A DNA stretch of 64,000 bases, from assembly GCA_016177875.1 (NCBI GenBank), contig JACOUL010000008.1, positions 15,432 to 79,431 on the forward strand. The letters are read 5' to 3'. Of the stretch, positions 18,006-26,726 are shown piece after piece. Source of the stretch: Burkholderiales bacterium. GTDB taxonomy: Bacteria; Pseudomonadota; Gammaproteobacteria; Burkholderiales; Burkholderiaceae_D. The notes under the pieces are model-generated. The model worked only from the letters and a program-made list of their open reading frames with translations, did no database searches and had not been told where the DNA came from. Each line of letters starts with the position of its first letter. The first letter of the stretch is position 1. Position numbers and translations under genes: made by a program.

Positions 18006-20693
18006 ATGACTGTCAGGAACCTTCATTACTTATTCGCACCGAAGTCGGTCGCCATCATCGGCGCCTCGAAACGCCCATATAGCGTCGGTGCGACCGTTCT
18101 GCGCAATATCGTTGCTGCGGGATTCCATGGAAAGATATATCCGGTCAATCCGAAGTACGACAATTTGGCCGACTTAAAGACTTACCCGAACATTTCTCGT
18201 CTGCCTGAAGCTCCGGAGTTGGCTGTTATTTGCACGCCGCCCGCAACGATTCCGGAATTGGTCGAGGAGTTGGGACGGCGTGGCACCAAAGCGGCAATCG
18301 TCTTGACCGCAGGTCTTGGTGCGATCAGGGATGCGAAGGGAAAAACCCTCAAGCAGGCGATGCTGGATGCCGCAAAGCCGTATCTGCTACGCATCCTTGG
18401 CCCCAATTGTGTTGGATTGCTGGTGCCTGGGATTGGTTTGAACGCGAGCTTTGCGCATACGGATGCCATCCCAGGAAAAATTGCCTTCGTCTCGCAATCG
18501 GGAGCACTCGTCACCGGTATTCTGGATTGGGCCAAGACGCGCAACATCGGATTCTCACGATTCATTTCCTTGGGCGACAGCGCCGATGTCGATTTCGGCG
18601 ACGTGCTCGATTTTTTGGCGAGCGATGCCGATACCAGCGCGATCTTGCTGTATGTAGAAGATATTAAAGCGGCGCGCAAGTTCATGTCGGCGGCGCGCGC
18701 GGCGGCACGCAGCAAGCCGGTGCTGGTATTGAAGGCAGGTCGTTCGCCGGAAGGCGCCAAGGCTGCGGCATCACATACCGGCGCACTGGCCGGTGCCGAC
18801 GACGTATACGACGCCGCCATTCGCCGTGCCGGCATGCTGCGCGTGTATTCCACGGAAGATTTGTTCGACGCAGTAGAAACCCTAGCACGCGCCAAACCCA
18901 TGAAGGGCGACCGGCTTGCCATCGTCACCAATGGCGGCGGCCCGGGCGTGATGGCAACCGATGCGTTAATGCTGGAGCAAGGAAAGAAAGCGGCATTGTC
19001 CGACGACACGCTCGCAAAGTTGAATGAGATTTTGCCTTCGACTTGGTCGCACGGTAATCCCATCGACATCATCGGCGATGCGCCGCCTGAGCGTTACGTA
19101 AAAACAATGGAAGTGCTGATGAACGATCACGACGCGGATGCGCTGTTGTTCATACACGCACCGACAGCGATCGTGCCCAGTCTAGATATTGCTCGGGCAG
19201 TAGCGCCGCTTGCCCAACAATCCGGACGCAATATTCTTTCTTGCTGGCTGGGCGGGAATTCGGTAGCACCGGCGCGCGCACTATTTGCCGAGGCCGGCAT
19301 TCCGACCTACGATACGCCGGAAGATGCGGTCCGAGGCTTCATGCAAATTGTGCGATATCAGCGCAATCAGGATTTGCTGATGCAAGTGCCGGCGACAGCG
19401 CATGACGACTTTGTGCCGGATCGAGTGAAAGCGCGTTCCATCGTCGCCAAGGTAATCGGCGAGGGCCGAGACTTGCTGACGGAAGCGGAAGCCAAAGATG
19501 TGCTCGCCGCTTACGGTGTCCCGATTGTCGCTACCCGCGTTGCGCAAGATCCTGAAGAAGCGGCTCGCTTGGCGGGCGAATTAGGATTTCCGGTCGCTTT
19601 AAAAGTTCTGTCGAAAGAAATTACGCACAAGTCGGATGTGGGCGGCGTGGCGCTTGATCTTGAGTCGGCCGATGCGGTCCGCGCCGCGGGCGCCGCCATG
19701 AAAAAGCGCATCGCAGAGCTGCGGCCAACGGCCGTCCTGCAAGGCTTTACCGTGCAAGCTATGTTGCGCCGTCCGGATGCGCACGAGCTGATCGTCGGTG
19801 TTACCACCGATCCTGTATTCGGGCCGGTCATCATGTTCGGGCAGGGCGGTACGGCTGTCGAGGTCATGGCGGATCGCGCAATTGCCTTGCCTCCTTTGAA
19901 TATGACGCTGGCTCGCGATTTGATCTCGCGTACCCGCGTGTCGAAGCTGCTCGCCGGATATCGCAATCGTCCGCCGGCGGATATGGACACGATTTCACGC
20001 ACACTCATTCAAATCTCGCATCTCATTACCGATATCGCGCAAATTGCCGAACTCGATATCAATCCTCTGTTGGCGGATTCTCATGGCGCGATCGCATTGG
20101 ATGCGCGTATTCGGGTGATGGAGGCAGGCGAGTCGGCAATCGAACGGATGGCGATTCGCCCCTATCCGAATGAGCTGGAAGAAAGAATCATGTGGCACGG
20201 AGAGCCGCTGCTGTTGCGGCCGATCATGCCTGAAGACGGGCCGGCGCATATGACGTTTTTCCAAGCTTTGGCCCCTCAGGATGTGCACTACCGTTTCTTC
20301 GGCAGCATGCGCGAGCTGTCACCCGCGCAATTGGCACGCTTAACCCAAATCGACTACGACCGCGAGATGGCATTCATCGCGAGCCGGCAATCCGAAGAAG
20401 GGCGGCACGAGACATTAGGCGTCGTTCGTGTCGTGACCGATCCCGACAATGTTCAAGCCGAGTTTGCCGTCATCGTTCGCTCGGATGTGAAAGGGTTGGG
20501 GCTCGGTACACTGCTCATGAAAAAGATGATCGCGTACTGCAAGGCGCGCGGCACGGTAGAGATGATAGGCGAAGCACTGGCGGAAAATCACGACATCATC
20601 GAGCTGGTGAAATGTCTAGGCTTCGAAGTGCATGCCTCGCCGGAAGCCGATACGGCGTTTTTGAAATTGCCCTTGAATTTTGCAACCAGTTAG
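18006..20693 (+). CDS. Pat-type protein lysine acetyltransferase: NDP-forming acyl-CoA synthetase-like domains fused to a C-terminal GNAT domain
   Basis: 895 aa. N-terminal CoA-binding and succinyl-CoA-synthetase-like/ATP-grasp regions; C-terminal GNAT fold (about residues 700-880). The architecture matches Pat/PatZ. Confidence 0.8.
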   Translation: MTVRNLHYLFAPKSVAIIGASKRPYSVGATVLRNIVAAGFHGKIYPVNPKYDNLADLKTYPNISRLPEAPELAVICTPPATIPELVEELGRRGTKAAIVLTAGLGAIRDAKGKTLKQAMLDAAKPYLLRILGPNCVGLLVPGIGLNASFAHTDAIPGKIAFVSQSGALVTGILDWAKTRNIGFSRFISLGDSADVDFGDVLDFLASDADTSAILLYVEDIKAARKFMSAARAAARSKPVLVLKAGRSPEGAKAAASHTGALAGADDVYDAAIRRAGMLRVYSTEDLFDAVETLARAKPMKGDRLAIVTNGGGPGVMATDALMLEQGKKAALSDDTLAKLNEILPSTWSHGNPIDIIGDAPPERYVKTMEVLMNDHDADALLFIHAPTAIVPSLDIARAVAPLAQQSGRNILSCWLGGNSVAPARALFAEAGIPTYDTPEDAVRGFMQIVRYQRNQDLLMQVPATAHDDFVPDRVKARSIVAKVIGEGRDLLTEAEAKDVLAAYGVPIVATRVAQDPEEAARLAGELGFPVALKVLSKEITHKSDVGGVALDLESADAVRAAGAAMKKRIAELRPTAVLQGFTVQAMLRRPDAHELIVGVTTDPVFGPVIMFGQGGTAVEVMADRAIALPPLNMTLARDLISRTRVSKLLAGYRNRPPADMDTISRTLIQISHLITDIAQIAELDINPLLADSHGAIALDARIRVMEAGESAIERMAIRPYPNELEERIMWHGEPLLLRPIMPEDGPAHMTFFQALAPQDVHYRFFGSMRELSPAQLARLTQIDYDREMAFIASRQSEEGRHETLGVVRVVTDPDNVQAEFAVIVRSDVKGLGLGTLLMKKMIAYCKARGTVEMIGEALAENHDIIELVKCLGFEVHASPEADTAFLKLPLNFATS

Positions 20694-20794
20694 TAAGGGA
20701 GAGGCGTCGCACGGAACTTCATAGTTTGCCCTTTATCAAATAGAAACTCTGAGCGTTCGCGTTTTTCAGAGCACTAGCGTGAAGGAGCTTCATC

Positions 20795-21121
20795 ATGATG
20801 CAAGTTAATGAAATCAGGCAGCAATTCAACCATATCGATCAAACGATCGATCAAGCAATGCAGGCATGCAGTTCGGAATCGAATATTCCTCAGGATTTGC
20901 AGCAATGCCTACAACAAATGGATCAGCAATCGGATCAAGCAAGACAAGTCTTGCAATCGCAAGATGAAAGCCAAATCATTCAATGCGTCGATGATTTGGA
21001 AGAGTTAGGGGATCGTGCATTGCGTGCCTGTGAACAGGCCGACGGCATAAGCGATCAGGTGAGAAGTGCGGTAACGCAGGCACATCAGGAGCTGTCTCAA
21101 CTGAAACACCAACTGCACTAA
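20795..21121 (+). CDS. Hypothetical Gln/Asp-rich small protein with four Cys
   Basis: 108 aa, highly Q/D/E-rich (QQCLQQMDQQSDQARQVLQSQDESQIIQCVDDLEEL), no recognisable domain. An RBS-like GAAGGAG lies upstream. Confidence 0.45.
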   Translation: MMQVNEIRQQFNHIDQTIDQAMQACSSESNIPQDLQQCLQQMDQQSDQARQVLQSQDESQIIQCVDDLEELGDRALRACEQADGISDQVRSAVTQAHQELSQLKHQLH

Positions 21122-21171
21122 GAATATGAATTGAGTCCCTCTCCCGAGCGGGAGAGGGGAAGTGACGCGCC

Positions 21172-21510
21172 TTAGGCTGCGTGTGTTTTTACGTCGCCGC
21201 GGCGGCGCTGAACGAACTCTTCCAGTTGCCGCGTCGCTGCTTCGAAGCTATCGCGCACGGCGACATAAGCATCCTCATTCATGGTGCGGTGGCCATCGAC
21301 CACCAGTTCGCTTCCCGGCACGGTGACGTCGACACGCACTTTGTAAAGCTTGCCCTGATGCTTGTGTTTGGCATCCTGTTCGACTGAAACCAGACAACTG
21401 ACGATATCGCCACATACCTTTTCTAGCTTGCCGACGCGTTTGTGAATTTCAGCTTCGATCGCATCCGAAGGGGGAATTTCGCGGAACAGAATTTGGAGTG
21501 TGTTTTGCAT
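21172..21510 (-). CDS. hpf: Ribosome hibernation promoting factor / RaiA (YfiA-HPF family, short form)
   Basis: 112 aa with the family pattern: I..REI..S.AIEA.I..KV.KLEK, then a beta-rich VRVDVTVPG..L segment and a C-terminal helix with DAY.AV.D.F. The family match comes from the overall pattern, not a single diagnostic motif. Confidence 0.5.
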   Translation of the reverse strand: MQNTLQILFREIPPSDAIEAEIHKRVGKLEKVCGDIVSCLVSVEQDAKHKHQGKLYKVRVDVTVPGSELVVDGHRTMNEDAYVAVRDSFEAATRQLEEFVQRRRGDVKTHAA

Positions 21511-21675
21511 GATATTCGACTCGTTAGTTGAGAAATGAAGCTCGGGACCAGCACTTCAATCTTACACCAAGCGTATTGGATTGCAATCAACACCAATATA
21601 GGCCGGAAGAACTACGTGCTTCAAGAAAAACGGCAGGAAAACATTCATTAGAATTGCACGCTATCATTGGCGATT

Positions 21676-21921
21676 ATGGGAGAAATTTTTCAACTATGGA
21701 TCGATACGCTGCGCAAAAATTGGGCGGCCGGAAAGACCCAGTGTTTTCATTGCGGGGATTCCATGCGTCAAAGTCGCGCAGTCGAAGTGGAGTTCGCAGG
21801 CGAGCGCCGGAAAGTGTGCTGCCACGGTTGCGCTTCCGTATTGAAAACGGTCGAACAGATGGGCATGCAGAAGCAATACTTCGCACAAAAAGCGCAAGCC
21901 GCTTCTCAAGATGAAAAATGA
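21676..21921 (+). CDS. Stand-alone metal-binding N-terminal domain of a CcoI-type ATPase (CxHCG...CCHGC; ATPase-cat_bd-like), in a different frame from ccoI
   Basis: 81-84 aa ORF with CFHCGDS and VCCHGCAS Cys clusters typical of the N-terminal domain normally fused to FixI/CcoI. Its last 11 nt overlap the ccoI start in another frame at a GAAAAATGA tract. Either a separate small gene or a frameshifted 5' end of ccoI. Confidence 0.5.
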   Translation: MGEIFQLWIDTLRKNWAAGKTQCFHCGDSMRQSRAVEVEFAGERRKVCCHGCASVLKTVEQMGMQKQYFAQKAQAASQDEK

Positions 21922-24103
21922 TATGCCGTCATTGGCGCACGAAAAACTTGCCATCGGCGGCATGCGTTGCGCCGCGTGCTCGCAAATCATTGAATTTCGT
22001 TTAAGCCGTTTGCCGGGCGTGAGCGAATTTCGGATTAATTCTGCCTCACATCGTGCCGACGTGAGTTGGAATCCTCGGCAAGTCTCCTTGCACGACATCA
22101 TTGAATCGATCACTTCGCTAGGTTATAGCGCCTTGCCATCCGGTGCGAAAGATACTTCGCAAGAGAAGCAAAGCAAGCTAGATCTATGGCGCTTATTCAT
22201 CGCCGGATTCGCGATGATGCAAGTGATGATGTATGCCTTTCCGGCATACTTGGTGCCGGTACCTACGCCGGATGGCGATTTAACGCCGGATATCGATCGC
22301 CTTCTAAAGCTGGCGAGCTTAGTGATCGCTACGCCGGTCACTTTTTTTTCCGCGAATCCTTTTTATCGCTCAGCGGTGCGGGCGATTCGAAATCGGCGCA
22401 TCGGCATGGATGTGCCGGTATCGATCGGGGTGATCGTCACATACCTTGCCAGTTGTTGGGCCACGTTCGCCGGCGGACCGGTGTATTTCGATTCACTCAT
22501 CATGTTTGTTTTTTTGCTGCTGTCGGCTCGGATGATCGAAGCGCGAGTGCATAGCAAGAGTACTGCTGCTTTGCGCGCATTGACTGAACTGGTCCCGCTG
22601 ACAGCAGAAAAGCTAGTCGATTATCCGGCCTCGCGCCGTACGCTGTCTACGCCTGCCGCCGAACTGCAAATCGATGACTGCGTACAGATCGCCCCGGGCG
22701 CGCAAATTCCAGCCGACGGTGCGGTAGTGGAAGGTGAAAGCGAGTGCGATGAATCGCTGATGACCGGCGAATCGCATCCGGTGCCGAAAAAAGCCGGCGC
22801 GAAACTGATCGGCGGCGCGATGAATCTAGGCGGCTTCCTGGTAATGCGCATCGAACGCGTCGGCGATGCGACGCAATTGTCCACGCTGGTTCGTATGATG
22901 GAAAATGCCGCCAATGAAAAACCGCCGCTCGTTGCATTAGCGGATCGCCATGCCAGCGTTTTCATGACGGTGATTTTGGTATTGGCCATGCTAGCCGGCG
23001 TGGCGTGGTGGTGGATCGATCCATCTCGCGCATTGTGGATCGCCGTAACGGTGATGGTGATTACTTGTCCTTGCGCGCTCTCGCTCGCGACTCCCGGCGT
23101 AATGTCGGGAGCGGTGGGGCAGTTGGCCAGAAGAGGCGTGCTGGTTGCGCGCGGCAGGGCAGTTGAGACCTTGGCACGCGCGACGCATTTTGTATTCGAT
23201 AAAACCGGCACGCTCACCGAAGGCAAGCTGCATTTGGTGAAGATGCAGATTTTGCGGTCAAATGTCGATGAGGCCGCTTGCTTGAAATTGGTGGCTGCGG
23301 TAGTTGGCGCATCGTTGCACCCTGTCGGAAAAGCATTGGCGCGTGCTACTGCCGATCGCGCAATCGCCCTGGAAAACGAAGGGCCTGCATACTGGCAGGA
23401 AATTCCTGGACAGGGTATTGAAGCGCATTTAAATCAACAGCGTTTGCGTCTTGGAAATATAGGCTTTGTGCAAGCCTTAAGCAATGCAGATCTCAATGTG
23501 CCGGAAGAGTTTGCTGGCAAGACTCTTGCTGCGTTAGGCGATGCCCAAGGTTGGATCGCGCTATTTGCTTTTGAAGATGTACTTCGAGCCGATGCAAAAA
23601 ACTGCATTGAATTCTTGCAGCAGATGGGAAAAAAAGTGCTGCTCCTTTCCGGCGACAAGGAAGATGTGGTGGCGCAATTTTCTCAAAAATTAAATATTTC
23701 TGCCGCATATGGAGATTTGCGTCCCGAACAAAAGCACGACATGGTCAAGGCGCTTCAGCAACAAGGCGCGGTAGTTGCGATGATAGGCGACGGCATGAAC
23801 GACGGCCCGGTGCTATCGCTTGCCGACGTGTCAATCGCCATGGGTCAGGGCGCGCCGATCTCGCAGGCGAGAAGCGACTTGGTGCTGATGTCGAGCCGCT
23901 TACAGGATTTGCAAGCGGCGGTACAAGTTACCGGTAAATCGCTTAAGCTGATTTACCAAAATTTGTCTTGGGCGGTGCTGTACAACGTGATCGCGATTCC
24001 GGCGGCGGTAGCAGGTTTATTGCTGCCTTGGCAGGCGGCGATCGGCATGTCGCTTAGTTCGCTGATTGTGGTGATGAATTCACTAAGAATCCTGAGAGAC
24101 TAA
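21911..24103 (+). CDS. ccoI: Copper-translocating P1B-type ATPase CcoI/FixI (cbb3 oxidase maturation)
   Basis: HMA domain GMRCAACS at the N-terminus, CPC transmembrane metal site, DKTGTLT phosphorylation motif and GDGMNDGP hinge. It sits directly upstream of ccoS-ccoNOQP. Confidence 0.85.
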   Translation: MKNDMPSLAHEKLAIGGMRCAACSQIIEFRLSRLPGVSEFRINSASHRADVSWNPRQVSLHDIIESITSLGYSALPSGAKDTSQEKQSKLDLWRLFIAGFAMMQVMMYAFPAYLVPVPTPDGDLTPDIDRLLKLASLVIATPVTFFSANPFYRSAVRAIRNRRIGMDVPVSIGVIVTYLASCWATFAGGPVYFDSLIMFVFLLLSARMIEARVHSKSTAALRALTELVPLTAEKLVDYPASRRTLSTPAAELQIDDCVQIAPGAQIPADGAVVEGESECDESLMTGESHPVPKKAGAKLIGGAMNLGGFLVMRIERVGDATQLSTLVRMMENAANEKPPLVALADRHASVFMTVILVLAMLAGVAWWWIDPSRALWIAVTVMVITCPCALSLATPGVMSGAVGQLARRGVLVARGRAVETLARATHFVFDKTGTLTEGKLHLVKMQILRSNVDEAACLKLVAAVVGASLHPVGKALARATADRAIALENEGPAYWQEIPGQGIEAHLNQQRLRLGNIGFVQALSNADLNVPEEFAGKTLAALGDAQGWIALFAFEDVLRADAKNCIEFLQQMGKKVLLLSGDKEDVVAQFSQKLNISAAYGDLRPEQKHDMVKALQQQGAVVAMIGDGMNDGPVLSLADVSIAMGQGAPISQARSDLVLMSSRLQDLQAAVQVTGKSLKLIYQNLSWAVLYNVIAIPAAVAGLLLPWQAAIGMSLSSLIVVMNSLRILRD

Positions 24104-24253
24104 ATGGATATTTTGTATTTGCTGGTTCCGTTGAGTGTTGTGCTGGTATTCGCCATCGGCGGATTGTTTTGGTGGGCGCTCAGCCATCGTCAATTTGATA
24201 ATTTGGATGACGCCGGAGAGCGCGTTATTCGCGACAAAGATTCCCCCGATTAA
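24104..24253 (+). CDS. ccoS: cbb3 oxidase maturation protein CcoS/FixS (49 aa; below the ORF-track length cutoff)
   Basis: Manual translation gives MDILYLLVPLSVVLVFAIGGLFWWALSHRQFDNLDDAGERVIRDKDSPD*. This is a single-TM peptide with a CcoS-like N-terminus (MxILYLLIPLS). The ATG overlaps the ccoI stop (TAAATG). Confidence 0.7.
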   Translation: MDILYLLVPLSVVLVFAIGGLFWWALSHRQFDNLDDAGERVIRDKDSPD

Positions 24254-24283
24254 AACACTAATTGCATTTTGGGAAATATCGGA

Positions 24284-24297
24284 TTGATCTGGATCAA
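24284..24297 (+). promoter_or_regulatory. Fnr/Anr box TTGAT-N4-ATCAA upstream of ccoN
   Basis: Perfect TTGATctggATCAA palindrome centred about 65 bp upstream of the ccoN ATG. Confidence 0.65.
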
Positions 24298-24355
24298 GGG
24301 AATTTCAAGATCTGTCCGATAGAGTGGCGGCGAAACCCACTTTCGAAGCCACCTC

Positions 24356-25810
24356 ATGAGCCAAGCTAATTCTTCCACTTATAACTATCGCGTCGTTCGC
24401 CAGTTCTCGATCATGGCCGTTGTTTGGGGCGTGGTCGGCATGCTGGTCGGCGTTTTTATCGCTGCCCAACTTGCTTGGCCCGAGTTAAATTTCGGTATAC
24501 CTTGGCTGAGTTACGGGCGACTGCGGCCGTTGCACACGAATGCCGTCATCTTTGCTTTCGGCGGCTGCGCCTTGATGGCGACATCTTTCTATACCGTGCA
24601 GCGAACTTGCAATACGCGCCTGTTTTGCGACAAGCTGGCCGGATTCGTGTTTTGGGGGTGGCAGGCGGTGATCGTCGCCGCGGCGCTGTCGCTGCCGCTG
24701 GGTTATACCTCCGGTAAGGAATATGCGGAGCTGGAGTGGCCGATCGATATCTTGATCGCCTTGGTGTGGGTGGCTTACGCAATCGTATTCTTCGGCACGC
24801 TTGCCAAGCGTAAGGTGGAGCATATCTACGTCGCCAACTGGTTCTTCGGAGGCTTCATTGCGACGGTAGCGATTCTGCATATCGTCAATAGCGCCGCGAT
24901 GCCGGTGTCGTTCATGAAATCCTATTCGGCATATGCCGGTGTGCAGGACGCCATGATTCAATGGTGGTATGGCCACAATGCGGTGGGTTTTTTCCTGACC
25001 GCGGGATTCCTGGGCATGATGTATTACTTCGTTCCCAAGCAAGTGGGCCGTCCGATTTATTCGTATCGCTTGTCCATCGTTCACTTCTGGGCACTGATTT
25101 TCACCTATATGTGGGCGGGTCCGCACCATCTGCACTACACCGCTTTGCCCGATTGGGCACAGTCGCTCGGCATGGTGTTTTCCCTAATTTTGTTGGCGCC
25201 TTCCTGGGGCGGCATGATCAACGGCATGATGACTTTGTCCGGCGCCTGGGACAAGCTGCGCTCCGACCCGATCCTGCGCTTCTTGATCGTGTCCTTGTCG
25301 TTCTACGGCATGTCGACCTTCGAAGGCCCGATGATGTCGATTAAGACGGTGAACGCACTGTCGCACTACACCGACTGGACCGTAGGCCACGTGCACTCCG
25401 GTGCGCTCGGCTGGGTCGGCTTCATTTCCATCGGCAGCTTGTACTACCTCGTGCCGCGCCTGTTCGGCCGTGCCGAAATGTACAGCAAGAAGCTGATCGA
25501 AGTGCACTTCTGGATCGCTACCATCGGCGTGGTGCTGTATATCGCGTCGATGTGGATTGCCGGCGTGATGCAAGGTTTGATGTGGCGCGCAGTGAACGGC
25601 GACGGCACGCTGACTTACACCTTCGTCGAAAGCGTGAAAGCGACCTTCCCGTATTACGTGATTCGCTTGACCGGCGGCGCGATGTACCTCGCGGGCATGC
25701 TGTGCATGGCTTACAACGTGATCAGAACCGTCGCCGGCGGCACGCCTACCGAAGCGAAAATTCCCGTGACATCTGCCTCGGTCGCCGGTCACGCGGCTGT
25801 CCATGCGTAA
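24356..25810 (+). CDS. ccoN: cbb3-type cytochrome c oxidase subunit I CcoN
   Basis: 484 aa, 12+ TM helices, heme-copper oxidase His ligand pattern. Followed by ccoO, ccoQ and ccoP. Confidence 0.95.
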   Translation: MSQANSSTYNYRVVRQFSIMAVVWGVVGMLVGVFIAAQLAWPELNFGIPWLSYGRLRPLHTNAVIFAFGGCALMATSFYTVQRTCNTRLFCDKLAGFVFWGWQAVIVAAALSLPLGYTSGKEYAELEWPIDILIALVWVAYAIVFFGTLAKRKVEHIYVANWFFGGFIATVAILHIVNSAAMPVSFMKSYSAYAGVQDAMIQWWYGHNAVGFFLTAGFLGMMYYFVPKQVGRPIYSYRLSIVHFWALIFTYMWAGPHHLHYTALPDWAQSLGMVFSLILLAPSWGGMINGMMTLSGAWDKLRSDPILRFLIVSLSFYGMSTFEGPMMSIKTVNALSHYTDWTVGHVHSGALGWVGFISIGSLYYLVPRLFGRAEMYSKKLIEVHFWIATIGVVLYIASMWIAGVMQGLMWRAVNGDGTLTYTFVESVKATFPYYVIRLTGGAMYLAGMLCMAYNVIRTVAGGTPTEAKIPVTSASVAGHAAVHA

Positions 25811-25828
25811 TCGAGCCAGGAGAAGAAT

Positions 25829-26446
25829 GTGAAAAAAATTACCCATGAAATGATTGAGAAAAACATCGGCTTGATGCTGGTGTTGTCCATCCTCGTTGTG
25901 AGCGTCGGCGGTTTGGTTGAAATCGTGCCGCTGTTCTTTCAAAAATCGACCACCAAGCCGGTGGAGGGCGTTAAGCCCTACACTGCGCTGCAATTGGCTG
26001 GACGCGATATTTATTTGCGCGAAGGCTGCTACAACTGCCATTCGCAAATGATCCGCCCGTTCCGCGCCGAGACCGAACGCTACGGCCACTACTCGGTGGC
26101 AGGCGAATCGGTGTACGACCATCCTTTCCAGTGGGGCAGTAAGCGAACCGGCCCCGATTTGGCACGCGTCGGCGGCCGCTACAGCGACGACTGGCATCGC
26201 ATTCACTTGAACAATCCGCGTGACGTTGTGCCGGAGTCGAATATGCCTGCTTATCCGTGGCTGGCCAAGTCGAAGATGGAACCGGCTGATATTGCGCCGA
26301 AAATGCGCGCCATGAAACGGCTAGGCGTGCCGTACTCGGAAGAAGAAATTGCCAAGGGTCCGGAGGAATTGAAGGATAAGACTGAGCAAGATGCTTTGGT
26401 TGCGTACCTCCAGATGCTGGGCACAGCGATCAAGAACAAATATTGA
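25829..26446 (+). CDS. ccoO: cbb3-type cytochrome c oxidase subunit II CcoO (monoheme c)
   Basis: 205 aa, N-terminal TM anchor, single CYNCHS heme-binding motif. Confidence 0.9.
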   Translation: MKKITHEMIEKNIGLMLVLSILVVSVGGLVEIVPLFFQKSTTKPVEGVKPYTALQLAGRDIYLREGCYNCHSQMIRPFRAETERYGHYSVAGESVYDHPFQWGSKRTGPDLARVGGRYSDDWHRIHLNNPRDVVPESNMPAYPWLAKSKMEPADIAPKMRAMKRLGVPYSEEEIAKGPEELKDKTEQDALVAYLQMLGTAIKNKY

Positions 26447-26493
26447 TAGCCATTACGGGACGGAAGGCTTTCATTTGAGGGCAGAGTTAAGCG

Positions 26494-26554
26494 AAGCGGT
26501 AATCTGTCCTCAACAGAATAGGCTAAGGCGGTGCTCTGTCCCCAACAAATTAGG
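26494..26554. repeat. Imperfect tandem direct repeat (two copies of ~29 bp, period ~32 bp) in the ccoO-ccoQ spacer
   Basis: AAGCGGTAATCTGTCCTCAACAGAATAGG versus AGGCGGTGCTCTGTCCCCAACAAATTAGG, 23 of 29 identical, separated by 3 nt. Confidence 0.6.
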
Positions 26555-26561
26555 AACTGAG

Positions 26562-26726
26562 ATGGACTTCACCCAATTAAGCAACATTTTCACAGTCTTG
26601 AGTTTTGTGACTTTCATCGGCATTGCGCTGTGGGCGTATAGCAGCAAAAACAAGGCACGCTTCGAGAAAATCGGACGCATGGAAATGGATAACGATACCG
26701 AAATGACAGGAACGAATCATGGCTGA
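26562..26726 (+). CDS. ccoQ: cbb3-type cytochrome c oxidase subunit CcoQ (54 aa)
   Basis: An internal ATG of the 26391..26726 ORF gives MDFTQLSNIFTVLSFVTFIGIALWAYSSKNKARFEKIGRMEMDNDTEMTGTNHG. This is a single TM peptide between ccoO and ccoP that overlaps the ccoP start. Confidence 0.6.
   Translation: MDFTQLSNIFTVLSFVTFIGIALWAYSSKNKARFEKIGRMEMDNDTEMTGTNHG

Noticed and set aside
21137-21158. Perfect 9-bp-stem GC hairpin between the convergent Q-rich gene and hpf, as a possible bidirectional terminator
   Set aside because: There is no U-tract on either strand. It may act as an RNA-stability element or a Rho-dependent pause site, but it does not meet intrinsic-terminator criteria.
21576-21590. 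TTGGATTGCAATCAA upstream of the ccoI region, as a second Fnr box
   Set aside because: Half-site spacing is 5-5-5 instead of the TTGAT-N4-ATCAA 5-4-5 pattern. It is kept only as a note within the Fnr finding, not as a feature.
21528-21914. 128-aa plus-strand ORF overlapping the hpf/ccoI intergenic region and the cat_bd ORF
   Set aside because: It starts inside the hpf promoter-distal region, has an Arg/Ser-rich low-complexity translation, and competes with the frame that carries the conserved Cys metal-binding motifs. Judged spurious.
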